Source: Eledone cirrhosa
Lineage: Eukaryota
NCBI GenBank assembly: GCA_964016885.1
Contig: OZ024753.1
Location: 42,656,001-42,720,000, forward strand
Direction: 5' to 3'
DNA: 64,000 nucleotides
In this document: in pieces, positions 1-14,896 of the stretch
Layout: each line of letters opens with the position of its first letter
Numbering within the stretch: the first letter of the stretch is position 1
Position numbers and translations under genes: made by a program
The notes under the pieces: model-generated
Told to the model about the DNA's origin: nothing
The model's input: only the letters and a program-made list of their open reading frames with translations
Database searches by the model: none

Positions 1-1329
1 ATTCTAACCTGAAATTCGAAATTTTAATACAGGTAGGCATATTGTGCTAGATAAATGACAGCAGCAAATATACCAAACTACCTTTTTTTTCACTACTATT
101 CCAATTATGAAGCTCGATTTCCCTATATCCTGTCAAGTGAAGTTAGCAGTTCTTTGTCTATTGTTGCTGTTGCGTCTATTTAATTCCTATAAATGGATTA
201 CTAAACGTGTATCACAATGCCAAGTGGTTTACAAGGGAGGTAGGAATTCTAGTAGTAGACTGAACAAACATGGCAGATACCGAGTGTTTTTGTTTCAATC
301 AACAACCAGATTCTTCTTCTTTTTTTTTAATTTAAGCTCTATGAGAATTTCACTTTGTTGAAAACCAAAACCGAGCCACTTTTAGAAATAATGAAGCTAG
401 CTTGTGAAAAAAGAGGAAGTTTCTCGAACTGCTTTTGTCAACGATTAAAAAGAGAAATCAATAAAAAAAAATTTATTGGGGGTAGGGTTGGAAGGACCTT
501 GTTTTGTTGCCTAATTTTCGTTCTTCTTTATTATCGACTTCACAAAATAAGATCCTTTGCAACTGAGACAACAATCATAGTTTTCATTTCATTTCTCTGA
601 ACTTCTCTACTTCGCTTGTTTTTACTTCCGACTTTTGCATCAAACACCGTTTCTATATTATCTTTATCTTTTCAGGTTCAGTTTCTATATATATGTATGT
701 GTATATGTATGTGTATATGTATCTGTATGAGTATTAGTTGTTGTTATTATTTATTTATTCTCTGTTATTTTTCCTATCTAAATGCACTGCTTATTAAAAA
801 CAAGACACCCGTCGCCTGCTTTACAACATTCTCTGTAGTTCAGACTAAATTACAACTTACTGTGCAACTAAACTAAATTCTACATCAAATAATTTTTTCC
901 ATGAAATATCCAAAGAATTGTGCTTTTTTTCTTTCTTTTTTTGTCTTCTATCGCTCTGAGTAATTTAAATCAACAGATGGGAATTCATTGGTGAGGGAGG
1001 GCAATAAAAACCATTTCATCACTATAGGGAGAAAGGAACTCTACTATAACCGAAAAAACAAAGCTATTTCTCTTCTTGTTTTATTTCTTGCTACGAAGGC
1101 GGTGAATTGAGGGTCGTTGAGGCGTCGGATTAAATACTTTGGTATTCTCACTCAATGCGCTGCGAGTTCAAATTCCACCAAGGTCACCTTTCTTTTTCAT
1201 ATTTTCGTAGTCGTCAAATAAAGAACCAGTCCAGTACTGGGTTCGATTCTTGCTCTATCTCTCTTTATCATGTCCTCTTGTACTCTCTTCAGACCAGAAT
1301 AGTGATGAACTCCATCAGGTTTTAAAATT

Positions 1330-1481
1330 TTACGATCTGAGTTCAAATCCTGCCGAGGTTAGCTTTGCCTTTAATCATTACGAGGTCGATAAAATAAAGT
1401 ACCAGTAATACACTGAGGTTGATTTAACCCCCCCTCCCCCCCAAACAAAATTGTTGGCCTTGTGCCTAAATCAGAAACTAA
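1330..1481 (+). mobile_element. SINE family A, 5'-truncated copy (tRNA-derived, Deu/Nin-like central domain)
   Basis: B-box gagttcaaatcc, then gccgaggttagctttgcctttaatc..gaggtcgataaaataaagtaccagt and tail ggccttgtgcc, as in many other copies; a more diverged copy lies at about 1097-1250. Confidence 0.85.
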
Positions 1482-1559
1482 TATCAGGAAAGACAAGCGT
1501 TACCGTAAGTCAGCATCTATGTTCAGTCTGTTTCTAAAATTGTTTTGCGTTATTGAATA

Positions 1560-1740
1560 AAGTGAAAAGATTTCGTAGTTGTGGAAATAGCTTTAACATT
1601 TCAAAAAGTTTTGCGCCTGTAGAAGGACATACCATGAATAATGCAATCCAAAATTTTGTCAGTTCTACTTCTTGGGATTTTGGTTTTAATGCAACATCTG
1701 TTTCAGTGTCTATTTGCTACACCATTTCTTCCTGTGAAAG
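1560..1740 (-). pseudogene. Decayed hAT (Charlie/Buster-like) transposase C-terminal dimerization-domain fragment
   Basis: Minus-strand translation SQEEMV*QIDTETDVALKPKSQEVELTKFWIALFMVCPSTGAKLFEMLKLFP resembles the E.LI.L..D..LK.KF....L..FW......YP.L...A.K.L..FPTTY pattern; contains a stop and a frameshift. Confidence 0.55.
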
Positions 1741-2251
1741 ATTGCTTAAGCTTGAGAATCTACAAATAGGTTTTCAAGCTAAAGTTGGCTTTCAATTTCA
1801 ACCGGAAATATTTTATTATTGATTTACTCATATCAGGCAAATGTTAGAAAATGGAATCTTTTAAATACAACAAAAACTTCGTAAAATTTTCTTGTACAGT
1901 ACAAAACTTAGATTTTCAAAACATTCCATATCTTCCTCAAATAACAAAGTCACTCCTCTGGAGTTTACACTAAAATACACGGATAGGGGTGGGATCTACC
2001 GGGTTTTAGAATGCTCAAGACATGCTGTATGTCAAGACAGCACCCCTACGATCTCTTCATTAGGGCCCATTCTTAATATTTCCTCTTCTATAACTATTAC
2101 ACTCTCCTAAATACAGACAAGTGCAAATCATTGATCTTCAACTCAGCCTATTTCAAAGTAACATTTACTCACTGTTAAACAAAGCGTATCTAGTGACTTC
2201 CGGCAGGTGATTGACATGGCTTACTTTAACGATCTACTTACTCATGTGTGA

Positions 2252-2540
2252 AGGGGCGTGGCTTAGTGGTAACGATGTCGAACTTACGATCATAATGTCG
2301 TAGGTTCGATTCCTCGACTGGGTTGTTTGCTGTGTTCTTGAGCAAAACACTTCATTTCACGTTGCTCCAGTATACTCAGCTGAAAATAAGTACCAGTAAT
2401 AGCTGAGGGTTTAACTCTGAGATGGACTGGCGTCCTGTCCAGGAAAGGCGGAGTCTTGTACTCTCAGTCGCTTCACGCCATGAGAAAACCGGGATAAACA
2501 CTGGTATGGTGATCCTCTGGGCACGACACAGACTTTAGAT
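2252..2540 (+). mobile_element. SINE family B (tRNA head, CORE-like segment, V/Meta-like segment)
   Basis: A-box gtggcttagtggt, B-box ggttcgattcc, tgtgttcttgagcaaaacacttcatttcacgttgctccag, gatggactggcgtcctgtccagg..ctctcagtcgcttcacgc..aaaccggga; related pieces run to about 3120. Confidence 0.8.
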
Positions 2541-3165
2541 TTTTCCTCACGTGTAAGGTGTGTGGTTTAGCGGTTAAGGACTTGGGGTCGAGATTGTAAT
2601 ACCATTGTGTCCCCGCCACTCCAGTCCTCTCAGATGACAAAGATGAGAGTCGTACCTGTAATTAACTGGGGCCAGCCCTTGTGACACTGAATCATACTGA
2701 ATCTCCCTGAGAATCTACAGGAGTGTGTGGAGTGATAAGACACATGTACTAGAGTACACTTAAAAGGGCCAGTCTTCTGCGTGAATCGTTCTGAGAACTA
2801 TATTAAGGGTACTCGTGCCTGTGAAATGCTCAGATACTTTCTCTATAATAGATGGAATATAATTGTATTACGCCGAATCTCCCTGAGAACTCTATTAAGG
2901 GTATACTTGTATGTGGAATTCTCAGCCACTTATTCTATAGTATAAGTTAGTGTGTACCTGTAAGTCAAACTGAATATCCCTGAATTTAACTACATTAAAG
3001 GTACATATACATGTTCGGGGAATGCTCAGCCACTTGTATGTTAATTTCACAAGGCGGCTGTACTGTTGATCAAAACATCTGCAACACTTGTCGTCGTTAC
3101 AACCGACGGAGGTCCCACAACTGACTCATGGTTTTTCCCCTTCCTCTCATTCACAGTCATTCCCA

Positions 3166-3234
<69 letters not shown>

Positions 3235-3250
3235 AGCGCGTGTGTGTATG

Positions 3251-3290
<40 letters not shown>

Positions 3291-3293
<3 letters not shown>

Positions 3294-3472
3294 AAAAGAT
3301 TCAGGAACCCGACGGCAGAGCTCAAGCTGTTTCTGTCCAGAAATAGCCGTCGAAACGGCTTGAGCTCTGCCGCCGGGGTCCTGACTCTCTTCCTATTACC
3401 CACTCTACTACCCAAAGTATCGAGTAGTCTGGTGCGTTATGGTCCACCTGGTTCCTTACCACAATTCCTTCG

Positions 3473-3474
<2 letters not shown>
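3291..3474. mobile_element. (TA)n-flanked fold-back element
   Basis: Imperfect inverted arms 3291-3333 and 3352-3394; related fragment at about 38646-38674. Confidence 0.65.
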
Positions 3475-3524
<50 letters not shown>

Positions 3525-3753
3525 TCATACACACACAAACACACATATCTATCTCTATAGATGCAGATATAGTTACACCCAAACACACATACACACACAC
3601 ACATATATATTATATACACAAACACATACACACACATATATATCTATCTATCTATATATATATAGTTACACACACATATTTATCTCTCTATATATATAGT
3701 TACACCCAAACCCAAACACACACACACCCACATACACAAACCAAACCAAACCC

Positions 3754-3822
<69 letters not shown>

Positions 3823-5054
3823 CTATCTTTGTATATCACCTCCACAATTGTTAATCATCTTGTCTGCTACACTCACATTACTCATATATCTTCATATCTC
3901 CTCTATTGTCCCAACCCATAGCTTTCTTTCTCACGTACTCCACCTGTTATTATTTCCCTCTCCCTTTCATTACCCATCCTCTCTCTACCCCTCTCCTCTC
4001 TCTCCTTTTTTTCTCCCCCCTTTCCTTATTTCGTACCCTCTCCCTCTCTCTCTCTCTCTCTCTATCTATCCATCTCTTTTTTTTGTTTTGTTTTATTTAG
4101 TTTGTTCTTTCTATCCTTTCCCCCTCATTTAACTCTATTCTCATCAATGAATCATCCAGTTTAAAGCAGCTGGGGGTCCATCTATTACGTCAGCGCCAAA
4201 TCCTGGTCTCTTTATCTTTGACCAGAAAACAAACCCCCACCAAACAACAAAAACAACAAAGAGACCCCCTCCCCCACATAAAAAAACAACAACAAAAACA
4301 ATAATGAACCCCCCCCCACATAAAAAACAACAACAAAAACAATAAAGACGCCCACCACCATAAAAAAAACAATAAAACCAATAAAGAACCCCACCACCAT
4401 CAAAACACGACAACAAAAACAATAAAACACGACAACAAAAACAATAAAGACCCCTCCCCACCACCCAAAACAACAAAGAAAACCTCTTCCCCCCAAACAA
4501 ACAGATAAACAAACGAAACTGTAAAGCCAGAGATCACGTGACAATGTATTTTACGTGTGGTAAGCGACATAAAACACATCAAAATGTTCGCCATATTTCC
4601 ATGTATCTTTATATAAGACAGGGGATCCTCTTACTCTTACTCACTCACTCTCTCTTTCTCTCTCTTTCTCTCTCTCACTCTTTCTCTCTCTCACTCTTTC
4701 TCACTCGTTCTCTCTCACTTTTCTGTCCCTGACTCTCCCGCTCTCTCATTCACTCACTCACTCATACTCCCTGACTGACTGACTGACTCACTCACTCTCT
4801 CTCTCTCTCACTCACTGACTCTCCCTGACTCTCTCTTCCTCTCTATCCCTCTCTCACTCCCCCTACACCCTCCCTCACCCCATCTCTCTTCCACAACTAC
4901 ACACCCAATGATCAAACATCACAATTACTCATTACACACCCAATGTATCTGAGTGGCCCTTTTCTATTGATTTCCCCAACCAATTGTCATCAATCTGGTT
5001 ATTGACCATACCGCCCCCTCTTGAAGAACAAAGCCAATTGACATCAACAATAGC

Positions 5055-5099
5055 AACATCACCACCACCAACAACAACAACAACAACAACAACCAACAG

Positions 5100-5140
<41 letters not shown>

Positions 5141-5250
5141 TCATCTCCATCAACAACAACAACAACAACAACAGCAACATCACCACCACCAACAACAACA
5201 ACAACATCATCAACAACAACAACAATAGCATCAACAACAACAACATCAGC
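5055..5250. repeat. (AAC/ATC)n trinucleotide microsatellite
   Basis: Directly visible. Confidence 0.95.
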
Positions 5251-6532
5251 CAATTATGTTTATGCAATAATAATTTTAACAATAAAAAGCAGTCAAGTGC
5301 ACTTGTTGACTCCATCAGAACAAAAGGACTTAGTATACGGATTTCCTTCAACAGTAATTACGTGCTAGTCAACGAATCTGAGATTTCTTATTAAGTTTGG
5401 TTTTTAATTTATTATATATTCACAAAGCCAATCTTATTCACTAAAATTAATTCCTTATTTATTCCTCTCATGCAAATTATATCCTCTCCAACACTCACAA
5501 GAAACGGTTATATACGTCTCTAAATAATCAGTTATATTGAAATACTGATTTTATCATGTCCCAATATCGAAAATGAAATTCTTTTCATTTCTAATCTGAT
5601 AAACAATAGAAATATTATACGAAGCTAGTTGTAAAATTGCGATTTTAAATTATGTTTTGTATTCATGTGAGACTACCAGTTTTAATACTGTTGATAAAAC
5701 TAAAGAGCCAGCCCCTAATTTAGTAACAATGTCAGCATGAATGTCCTTAGGGGTTAAACCCCTTTTCTGCAGGTACTTGATAACATCACGATGCCAAAGT
5801 CTCTTCATTTTAAAGAAATTGTCGCTACTAGTTACTTTTGAAGGCTTCTTTGAATAGTTAGATGAAAAGAAACAATACTGATATTAATAAAGGGTTGAAA
5901 TTAATGGCTGCAAGATTTCACAGCTCTAGCATCACTCCTTAATCAGGTTATGAACTTTTCAGCCCACCTTCGTACAATGCATGATTTTAATTATAAGATA
6001 GATGAAAATAAAATGGAAATATATTCCTTTTCTTGCGACAGAAAACAAAATAGAAATAAGTGGCCAGAATTGCCTGCAGGAATCGAAGAGAATAGTAAAA
6101 TTGGAATTCCAAAATATGGTTTAACCTTTATATAAATTTAATACATTGCTTAATTTTAACTATAAAATAGTTAAAATTGGGAAGAAGATAATCCTTTGAG
6201 GCGGAGAAAAGTGCACAGAATCGTTATGGGAATTGAACCGCGCAGCTAACACTTTTAAAATATACAACTTTTGTCTAGCTGTGAATATGAAGACTTATGT
6301 TAGCAAACTGCATGAAAGCGCTCGTGGTTGTGTAATTCAAAAGAGTGATTTAGAGAAATATCTTTTAACTTTTTACAGTCAGAATATATTCCTGGTTATT
6401 TCTTTAGCAGATTTAATCTAATGCTTTGCTTTCTTATTAATCTTAACTTCTAACATCTTTAGTCTGAACGGTTTAGAATGACAACTTTTAATATCTAATG
6501 TGATGTAGTAGTCATTTATGCTAAATAATAGT

Positions 6533-6890
6533 GGTTTCTATTTTTGGCACAAGGCCAGCAATATCCAGTGTATTACTGGTACTTTATTTTATCGACCCCG
6601 TAAGGATTTTAGCAGTATTAGTAAATATACGTTTATTTTTTGATGTAGCACAAACAATGGGGTTGTACAGAGGCTGGTTTCTGGCGTGTGATCCGTCGGC
6701 TTTCCAGTGGCTGTCTGTCTTTTCTTTCTGGCGTTCTCAACCGGCGTTGTTCTATCAAGGAGCGTGCGGCGTCTTACTACAGGATGAAAGGCAAAGTTAA
6801 CCTTGACGGGATTTGAACTCAGACTGTAAAGGGACGTAACTATGCTGGAAAGCATGGCGTCCGACCCTCTACCGATACTGCCAATCCACG
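6533..6890 (-). mobile_element. SINE family A copy split by a 174-bp insertion
   Basis: SINE 3' half 6533-6607 and 5' half 6782-6890 join exactly at a duplicated ggat. Confidence 0.85.
6608..6781 (-). mobile_element. Probable solo LTR (Gypsy-like) inside the SINE
   Basis: 4-bp TSD ggat at 6604-6607 and 6782-6785; minus strand begins TGTAGTA and ends TGCTAAA (near-inverted, CA end mutated); AATAAA near the 3' end. Confidence 0.6.
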
Positions 6891-6898
6891 CTAAATAA

Positions 6899-7091
6899 TA
6901 ATTTCTAGTATAGGGACAAGGCCAGTAATTTTTGGGGAGGGGAAAGTCGATTAAATCGACCCCAGTGCATGACTGGTACTTTATTTTATCGACTCCGTAA
7001 GGATGAAAGGCAAAGCTAACCTCAGCGGGATTTGAACTCAGAATGTAAAGGGACGTAACTATGCCGCGAAGAATGGTGTCCGACGCTCTAC
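6899..7091 (-). mobile_element. SINE family A
   Basis: Reverse complement of the B-box, central domain and tail. Confidence 0.85.
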
Positions 7092-7560
7092 TGCGCATGT
7101 GTGCCGGCTGTTAACTCTTAACATCTTCTAATGTTTAGCAGGAAATATCTAAAAACAGGTTTGTTAATTCATACGTTTATAGTAGTTTTATTAGTGGATA
7201 GATTGCTGTCACGTTCAGAATTGATATGAAAGGAAATATATTATTATTATTTTTTTTTAAATAAAAATATCCCGGTTTTCGGCTATTAGCGGAATTCTAA
7301 TGTTAGACTGGGTAAATTTCACATTTCGTGTGATTATCGTTTTATATTTCATATCCGGTAAAGATAAATGCTTCTTGTTTGGACAGGGATTGGACGATTA
7401 GTGCAAATAGATTTCAATGTAGTGACTGATTATACTTCCAAAAATATATTTTCAATGAAATATGTATCAAACAGAAAACAGCTTAAACGTAGTTTACAGT
7501 GGCTGGGATGCATAATAACTCAAAGATGCGGGTTATCTTTTATATAAAAGCATAAACATG

Positions 7561-7874
7561 GTGGATTGGCAGTATCGGTAGAGGGTCGGACGCCATGTTA
7601 GGGAGTGGATTGGCAGTATCGGTAGAGGGTCGGACGCCATGTTAGGGCGGTGGATTGGCAGTATCGGTAGAGGGTCGGACGCCATGTTAGGGTGGTGAAT
7701 TGGCAGTATCGGTAGAGGGTCGGACGCCATGTTAGGGTGGTGGATTGGCAGTATCGGTAGAGGGTCGGACGCCATGTTAGGGGGGTGGATTGGCAGTATC
7801 GGTAGAGGGTCGGACGCCATGTTAGGGTGGTGGATTGGCAGTATCGGTAGAGGGTCGGACGCCATGTTAGGGTG
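7561..7874 (+). repeat. Tandem array of seven about 45-bp SINE-A heads (A-box) ahead of a full SINE
   Basis: Unit gtggattggcagtatcggtagagggtcggacgccatgttagggtg starts at 7561, 7605, 7650, 7695, 7740, 7785 and 7830. Confidence 0.95.
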
Positions 7875-8056
7875 GTGGATTGGCAGTATCGGTAGAGGGT
7901 CGGACACCATGCTTTCCATTATAGTTACGTCCCTTTACGGTCTGAGTTCAAATCCCGTCGAGGTTAACTTTGCCTTTCATCCTTACGGGGTCGATAAAAT
8001 AAAGTACCAGTAATACACTGGGTAATTGCTGACCTTGTGCCAAAAGTGGAAACAAT
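7875..8056 (+). mobile_element. SINE family A, full length
   Basis: A-box tggcagtatcgg, B-box gagttcaaatccc, central domain, tail. Confidence 0.9.
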
Positions 8057-8249
8057 TCGGATATTCGTCTCAGCCTCGCGGTATTCGTCTCAGCCTTTCG
8101 AGGCCGATAAATAAAGTATGTGTGTGAATGTGTGTGTCCGTGCGTGCGTGTGTGTGTACATGTGTGTGTGTGTGTGTATTTATTATAATAAACATATTTA
8201 TTACCTACAGGACTAGAACTGTTTCATTCGTAAGAAATCATCATGCATT

Positions 8250-8428
8250 CAGTATCGGTAGAAGGTCGGACGCCATGTTTTGCAGCAAAGAGTTACGTCC
8301 CTTTACAGTCTGAGTTCAAACCCCGCCGAGGTTAACTTTGCCTTTCATCCGTACGGGGTCGATAAAATAAAGTACCAGTGATACACTGGGATAATTGCTG
8401 GCCTTGTGCCAACAGTAGAAACAATTAT
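8250..8428 (+). mobile_element. SINE family A
   Basis: Near-consensus copy. Confidence 0.9.
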
Positions 8429-8699
8429 TTTTTGTGATGACATTGGTGTCAAGCTTTATCGACTTTTACCTTTCACTGGGAAGATATCGATGACACGGAA
8501 AGGGGTGGGGGTTTTTCATGAATGTCACCAAACCCATAGTCAGTGATTCATAGGTTTATAACCCATGGCCAGGTATAAACAGAGAGAGAGAGAGAGAGAG
8601 GGGGGGGGGGCTCATTACTGCTGTTTCTTTTATTCATTTCTTTGTTCTATTGTTTCTAGTGAGTCATAACAGTCGACAAAAACAAAAACACAATGTATG

Positions 8700-8734
<35 letters not shown>

Positions 8735-9039
8735 GTATATATATATGTATATATATGTATTATTTTAATAAATATATATATATATATATAATGCAAAAAA
8801 AAAAAAAAAAAAAAGGCTGAACGTGTGACAAAAGCTCGGTTTTCTAATGTCCATTAAGAGCTCGTTTTTTGATTAGTAAATTGTTTGCAAAGTCAAGTTC
8901 AGCTGAGTCATTGAAAATATCGTTTACAGACCGAGTGATTTCCTCTGTTGGTCACCAACAATGGCGCTTGTTAAAGGGAAGCTGTTCACTTGTAACCAAC
9001 TTAAATAACACCTACTTCATCTACTTACTGCTGCTCCTC

Positions 9040-9263
9040 TTGCTGCTGCTACTACTACTACTACTACCACTACTACTACTACTACTACTACCACTACTAC
9101 TACTATTACTACTACTACTACTACTACTACCACTACTACTACTACTACTATTACTACTACTACCACTACTACTACCACTACTATTACCACTACTACTACT
9201 ACTACCACTACTACTACTACCACTACTACTACCACCACCACCACCACCACCACCACGACCACC

Positions 9264-9295
<32 letters not shown>

Positions 9296-9365
9296 GACCA
9301 CCACCACAGCCACTACTACTACTACTACTACTACAACCACCACCACCACCACCACTACTACTACC
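9040..9365. repeat. (CTA/CCA)n trinucleotide repeat
   Basis: Directly visible. Confidence 0.95.
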
Positions 9366-9886
9366 TCTTTCTTATATATATATATCGACAGTCGATCGAC
9401 TTTCGTCAAATCGGACCGAGGAAACAATGTTTCCGTTGGTCTTTCCAATTGCTAGTACTATCTATCGGTCGCAACTCCAGGTAGAAGGAGCAACGTTAAA
9501 TAAAGTGTCTTGCTCAAGGACATAACGCATCGCCCGGTCCGGGAATCGAACTTACAACCTCACGATTAGGAATCCAATTCTCTAACCACTCGGCCACACG
9601 CCGAGGTAACCACAGTAAGGTACTCAATACATAGCAGAGTTTAAATATGTAGTCTTGTTCTCTTGCATCCGCTCATGATTCTATATCTGATTTCATGTGA
9701 AAAATATCCTAAATTATTATTATTTTCACCCCCCCCCCCCTCATGTATTTTAATTTAATTCTCTTTCCTAGAAACTCTGCGAGTGAAAACTTCCGGTTTT
9801 ACCTTATATATATATATATATGTTATGTATGTATGTGTATATATATATATATATATACGAGTATATATGGTTGAAAATGTTATCGC

Positions 9887-10906
<1,020 letters not shown>

Positions 10907-11516
10907 GCAGCGATAACATTTTGAACCAAATCTATCTGTCTGTATATTGAAGTGATGAGAAACTCTCAAGCGTAGTTTTGATCTTCAATACAAAATACAG
11001 ATTATAACATCAATTATTTATTTTATTTGAAAATATATGATAACTAGAATATTCTTAATTTTGAATTAAATAGATTATAGAAGAATTATTGCAGGAGTCA
11101 GCCCAACCTGTATAGAGTGTTTTCACCAATTGAATTACTCCTATCTAATTATACTTTGATCTATTTAGTAGAAACTCTATATTTCTCTCCCTAGATATTC
11201 CAGTAAGGAATTATTAGAGTAATCATAAAATAACATAAAGAACTTTGAAATGGGGGAGGAAAAAAATCCATTTGCTCAAACATTCAATACGGTGTTTAGT
11301 TTAAACGTGACTGTATTTAGTCTGTGTTGCGGCATTTAGGAGTTCAATTGTCCATACACTGTCTATTGATACAGTGAAACACTCAAAGAAGCTACATTTG
11401 GTAATATTTTGCCGTATCTGTCTGTATATTATATTATATATGTATATATATCAAAGCTGTTGTATATTTAGTGTAAAACGTCGGTGACGCTGTAAAGGGG
11501 ATGGTAAGAGAGAGAG

Positions 11517-11556
<40 letters not shown>

Positions 11557-11634
11557 CACTGGTGTATGTGGTGGGATAATTTCATAACGGTTAATGTTCG
11601 AGCCCCTTCATGTCTGAATCTCTACGCTGCAATC

Positions 11635-12645
<1,011 letters not shown>

Positions 12646-12659
12646 GGTAAAGAGGTCGG

Positions 12660-12803
12660 TAGATTGGCAGTATCGGTAGAACGTCGGACAACATGCTTTG
12701 CGGCATATAGTTACATCCCTTTCCATTCTGAGTTCAAATCCCGTCGAAGTTAGCTTTACTTTAACCTTTCACCCTTACGGAGCTCGATAACATAAATTAC
12801 CAG
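12660..12803 (+). mobile_element. SINE family A, diverged
   Basis: attggcagtatcggtagaacgtcgg..gagttcaaatcccgtcg. Confidence 0.8.
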
Positions 12804-13634
12804 AATGTGAAAAATAAAAACAATTATTTATGGTGAAGGAGATTTGGTCATCTGTGATGATAGTATTGAAAATCCAAATTCAATACTTGAATATTAAGAT
12901 CTCGAGGCTATATATTAAAAACAGTCAAACAGCACGTTGTTCTCATTTAATCTATGTCGATGATTGCACATTGAATTAATACAATCAACCTATATAGGAT
13001 TTGTATGTTACAGCTTAAAAACCATACATTAATTCCATATGACTGAGCTATGCATTTTGTGGAGAATAATCAAAGTTCACTGCCCTCTTCGATATGTGAG
13101 AAATCTATATATTATCATTTATCTCCATTACAATCTATGTTGAAACTATCCTTATTATTATATTGTTGTTGTGCGCAACCATATTGAGGACAGCGCACAT
13201 CCAATACGTTTAACAATAGGTAAGTCCGTTATAAATATTGTTTGAGAAAGAAAGACCGTGCCTGTTCCATTGAAAAATAATAATAATAATAAAAAAAAGA
13301 CATCAGAGAGGTGTTTACAAACAGCCAACCAGTCGCTTGAAACCTAGATAAAAATTGTGCTTACAACAATTGCATAGAAATACAAATTACAATAACAACA
13401 AAAAGCAATCAATATATAAACTTGAAAAAATAAAATGTAAATGAATAAATAGATGACTATCAATTGTGTAAAAACAGCGACAAAGTCACGTTTTTAATAA
13501 AATGTCTGAAAGGAACGCTTGTTTTTAGTTTTCTTTTACTCTCACAAATATATAGTGTTTCCTGCTGGTAATATTTCGTGTGGTTTCATCAAATGATAGT
13601 GTCCTACTAAATACACTGATCACGTAGCTTAGTG

Positions 13635-13915
13635 GCGCGTGGCTTAGAGCTTTAGTAAGTTAGTGAGTTCGATTGACGTTGGTGTGTTGTGTCTTTGACT
13701 ATGACACTTCGTTTCACGTTACTGTAGTCCACTCAGCTGGACAAAAATGAGTTGTATCTGTAATTCAAAGTGTCAGTCATGTTATACAATGTTGCGCTGA
13801 ATCTCCCTGAGAATTACTACATTAAGGGTGCATATGCATGCGGAATACTCAGCCACTTGTTCTTTAATTTCTGTTAATCGTATCAACTGGAACACTCGTT
13901 GTCGGAAACGTCGGA
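13635..13915 (+). mobile_element. SINE family B variant
   Basis: gcgtggcttag, gttcgatt, gacacttcgtttcacgtt..ccactcagctgg, then gaatctccctgagaattac..ctcagccacttg, also seen at 2700-3040, 22780, 24270 and 25630. Confidence 0.7.
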
Positions 13916-13921
13916 TGTCCA

Positions 13922-14210
<289 letters not shown>

Positions 14211-14418
14211 CTTTATGGTAGAAAGTTCTGCGGTGTTAGGTTCCAACTCTCTCTTCTCTGAGTTGAAATCCCGTCGAGGTCTACTTTCTTTGTTTTTCAT
14301 TCTTCCCAGAACCATAATATAAAGTACCAGTCATGTACTGGGGTCGATATACTCCACCTCTTTCTCCTTCACACCAAAATTGGGCCCTTGGGCCCAAATT
14401 AGAGATCCTTCGTCGTAC

Positions 14419-14448
<30 letters not shown>

Positions 14449-14453
<5 letters not shown>

Positions 14454-14554
14454 AATGAATATATGATAAACACTAATACAAGTATATAAGTGTTTGTATT
14501 GCAATACAAACACTTATATACTTGTATTAGTGTTTATCATATATTCATTTGTAT
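14449..14554. repeat. About 106-bp perfect palindrome with no spacer
   Basis: Centre at 14501/14502 (attg|caat); identical ORF starts on both strands. Confidence 0.9.
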
Positions 14555-14621
14555 TACACGGCTCAGAAATATCTCTTTCTTTGAGCTATTTAATTGTAAA
14601 AGACTGTTTGAGTTTATAACT

Positions 14622-14699
<78 letters not shown>

Positions 14700-14852
14700 A
14701 TAAATGCTCTGAAATAGCGATATATATGTGAATATAGACATAGAATATTCGAAAATATTCTGTATGTTTATAATAAACATTTTGAAGACCTAATCGCTAT
14801 AGAATAGAATACGTCACGTATTACAATTAGATTCTCGATAAAAGCAAGGGAA

Positions 14853-14896
14853 GTAAATCTACGCGTTTCATTCTTATTAGAAATCGTCAGGACTAC
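14853..14896 (-). ncRNA. Minimal type I hammerhead ribozyme, repeated at 15164, 15475, 15786 and 16097 on the minus strand
   Basis: GTAGTC CTGACGA T-TTC-taataa-GAA-T GAAA CGCG TA GATTTAC; palindromic CGCG stem III. Confidence 0.7.

Noticed and set aside
107-876. Short ORFs and splice-like sites at the window start
   Set aside because: No recognisable protein and no consistent exon structure
2252-2325. tRNA gene
   Set aside because: A and B boxes are present but there is no full cloverleaf; it continues into a SINE body
7598-7872. TTAGGG words suggesting telomeric repeats
   Set aside because: Single hexamers at the junction of a 45-bp SINE-head unit, not a telomeric tract
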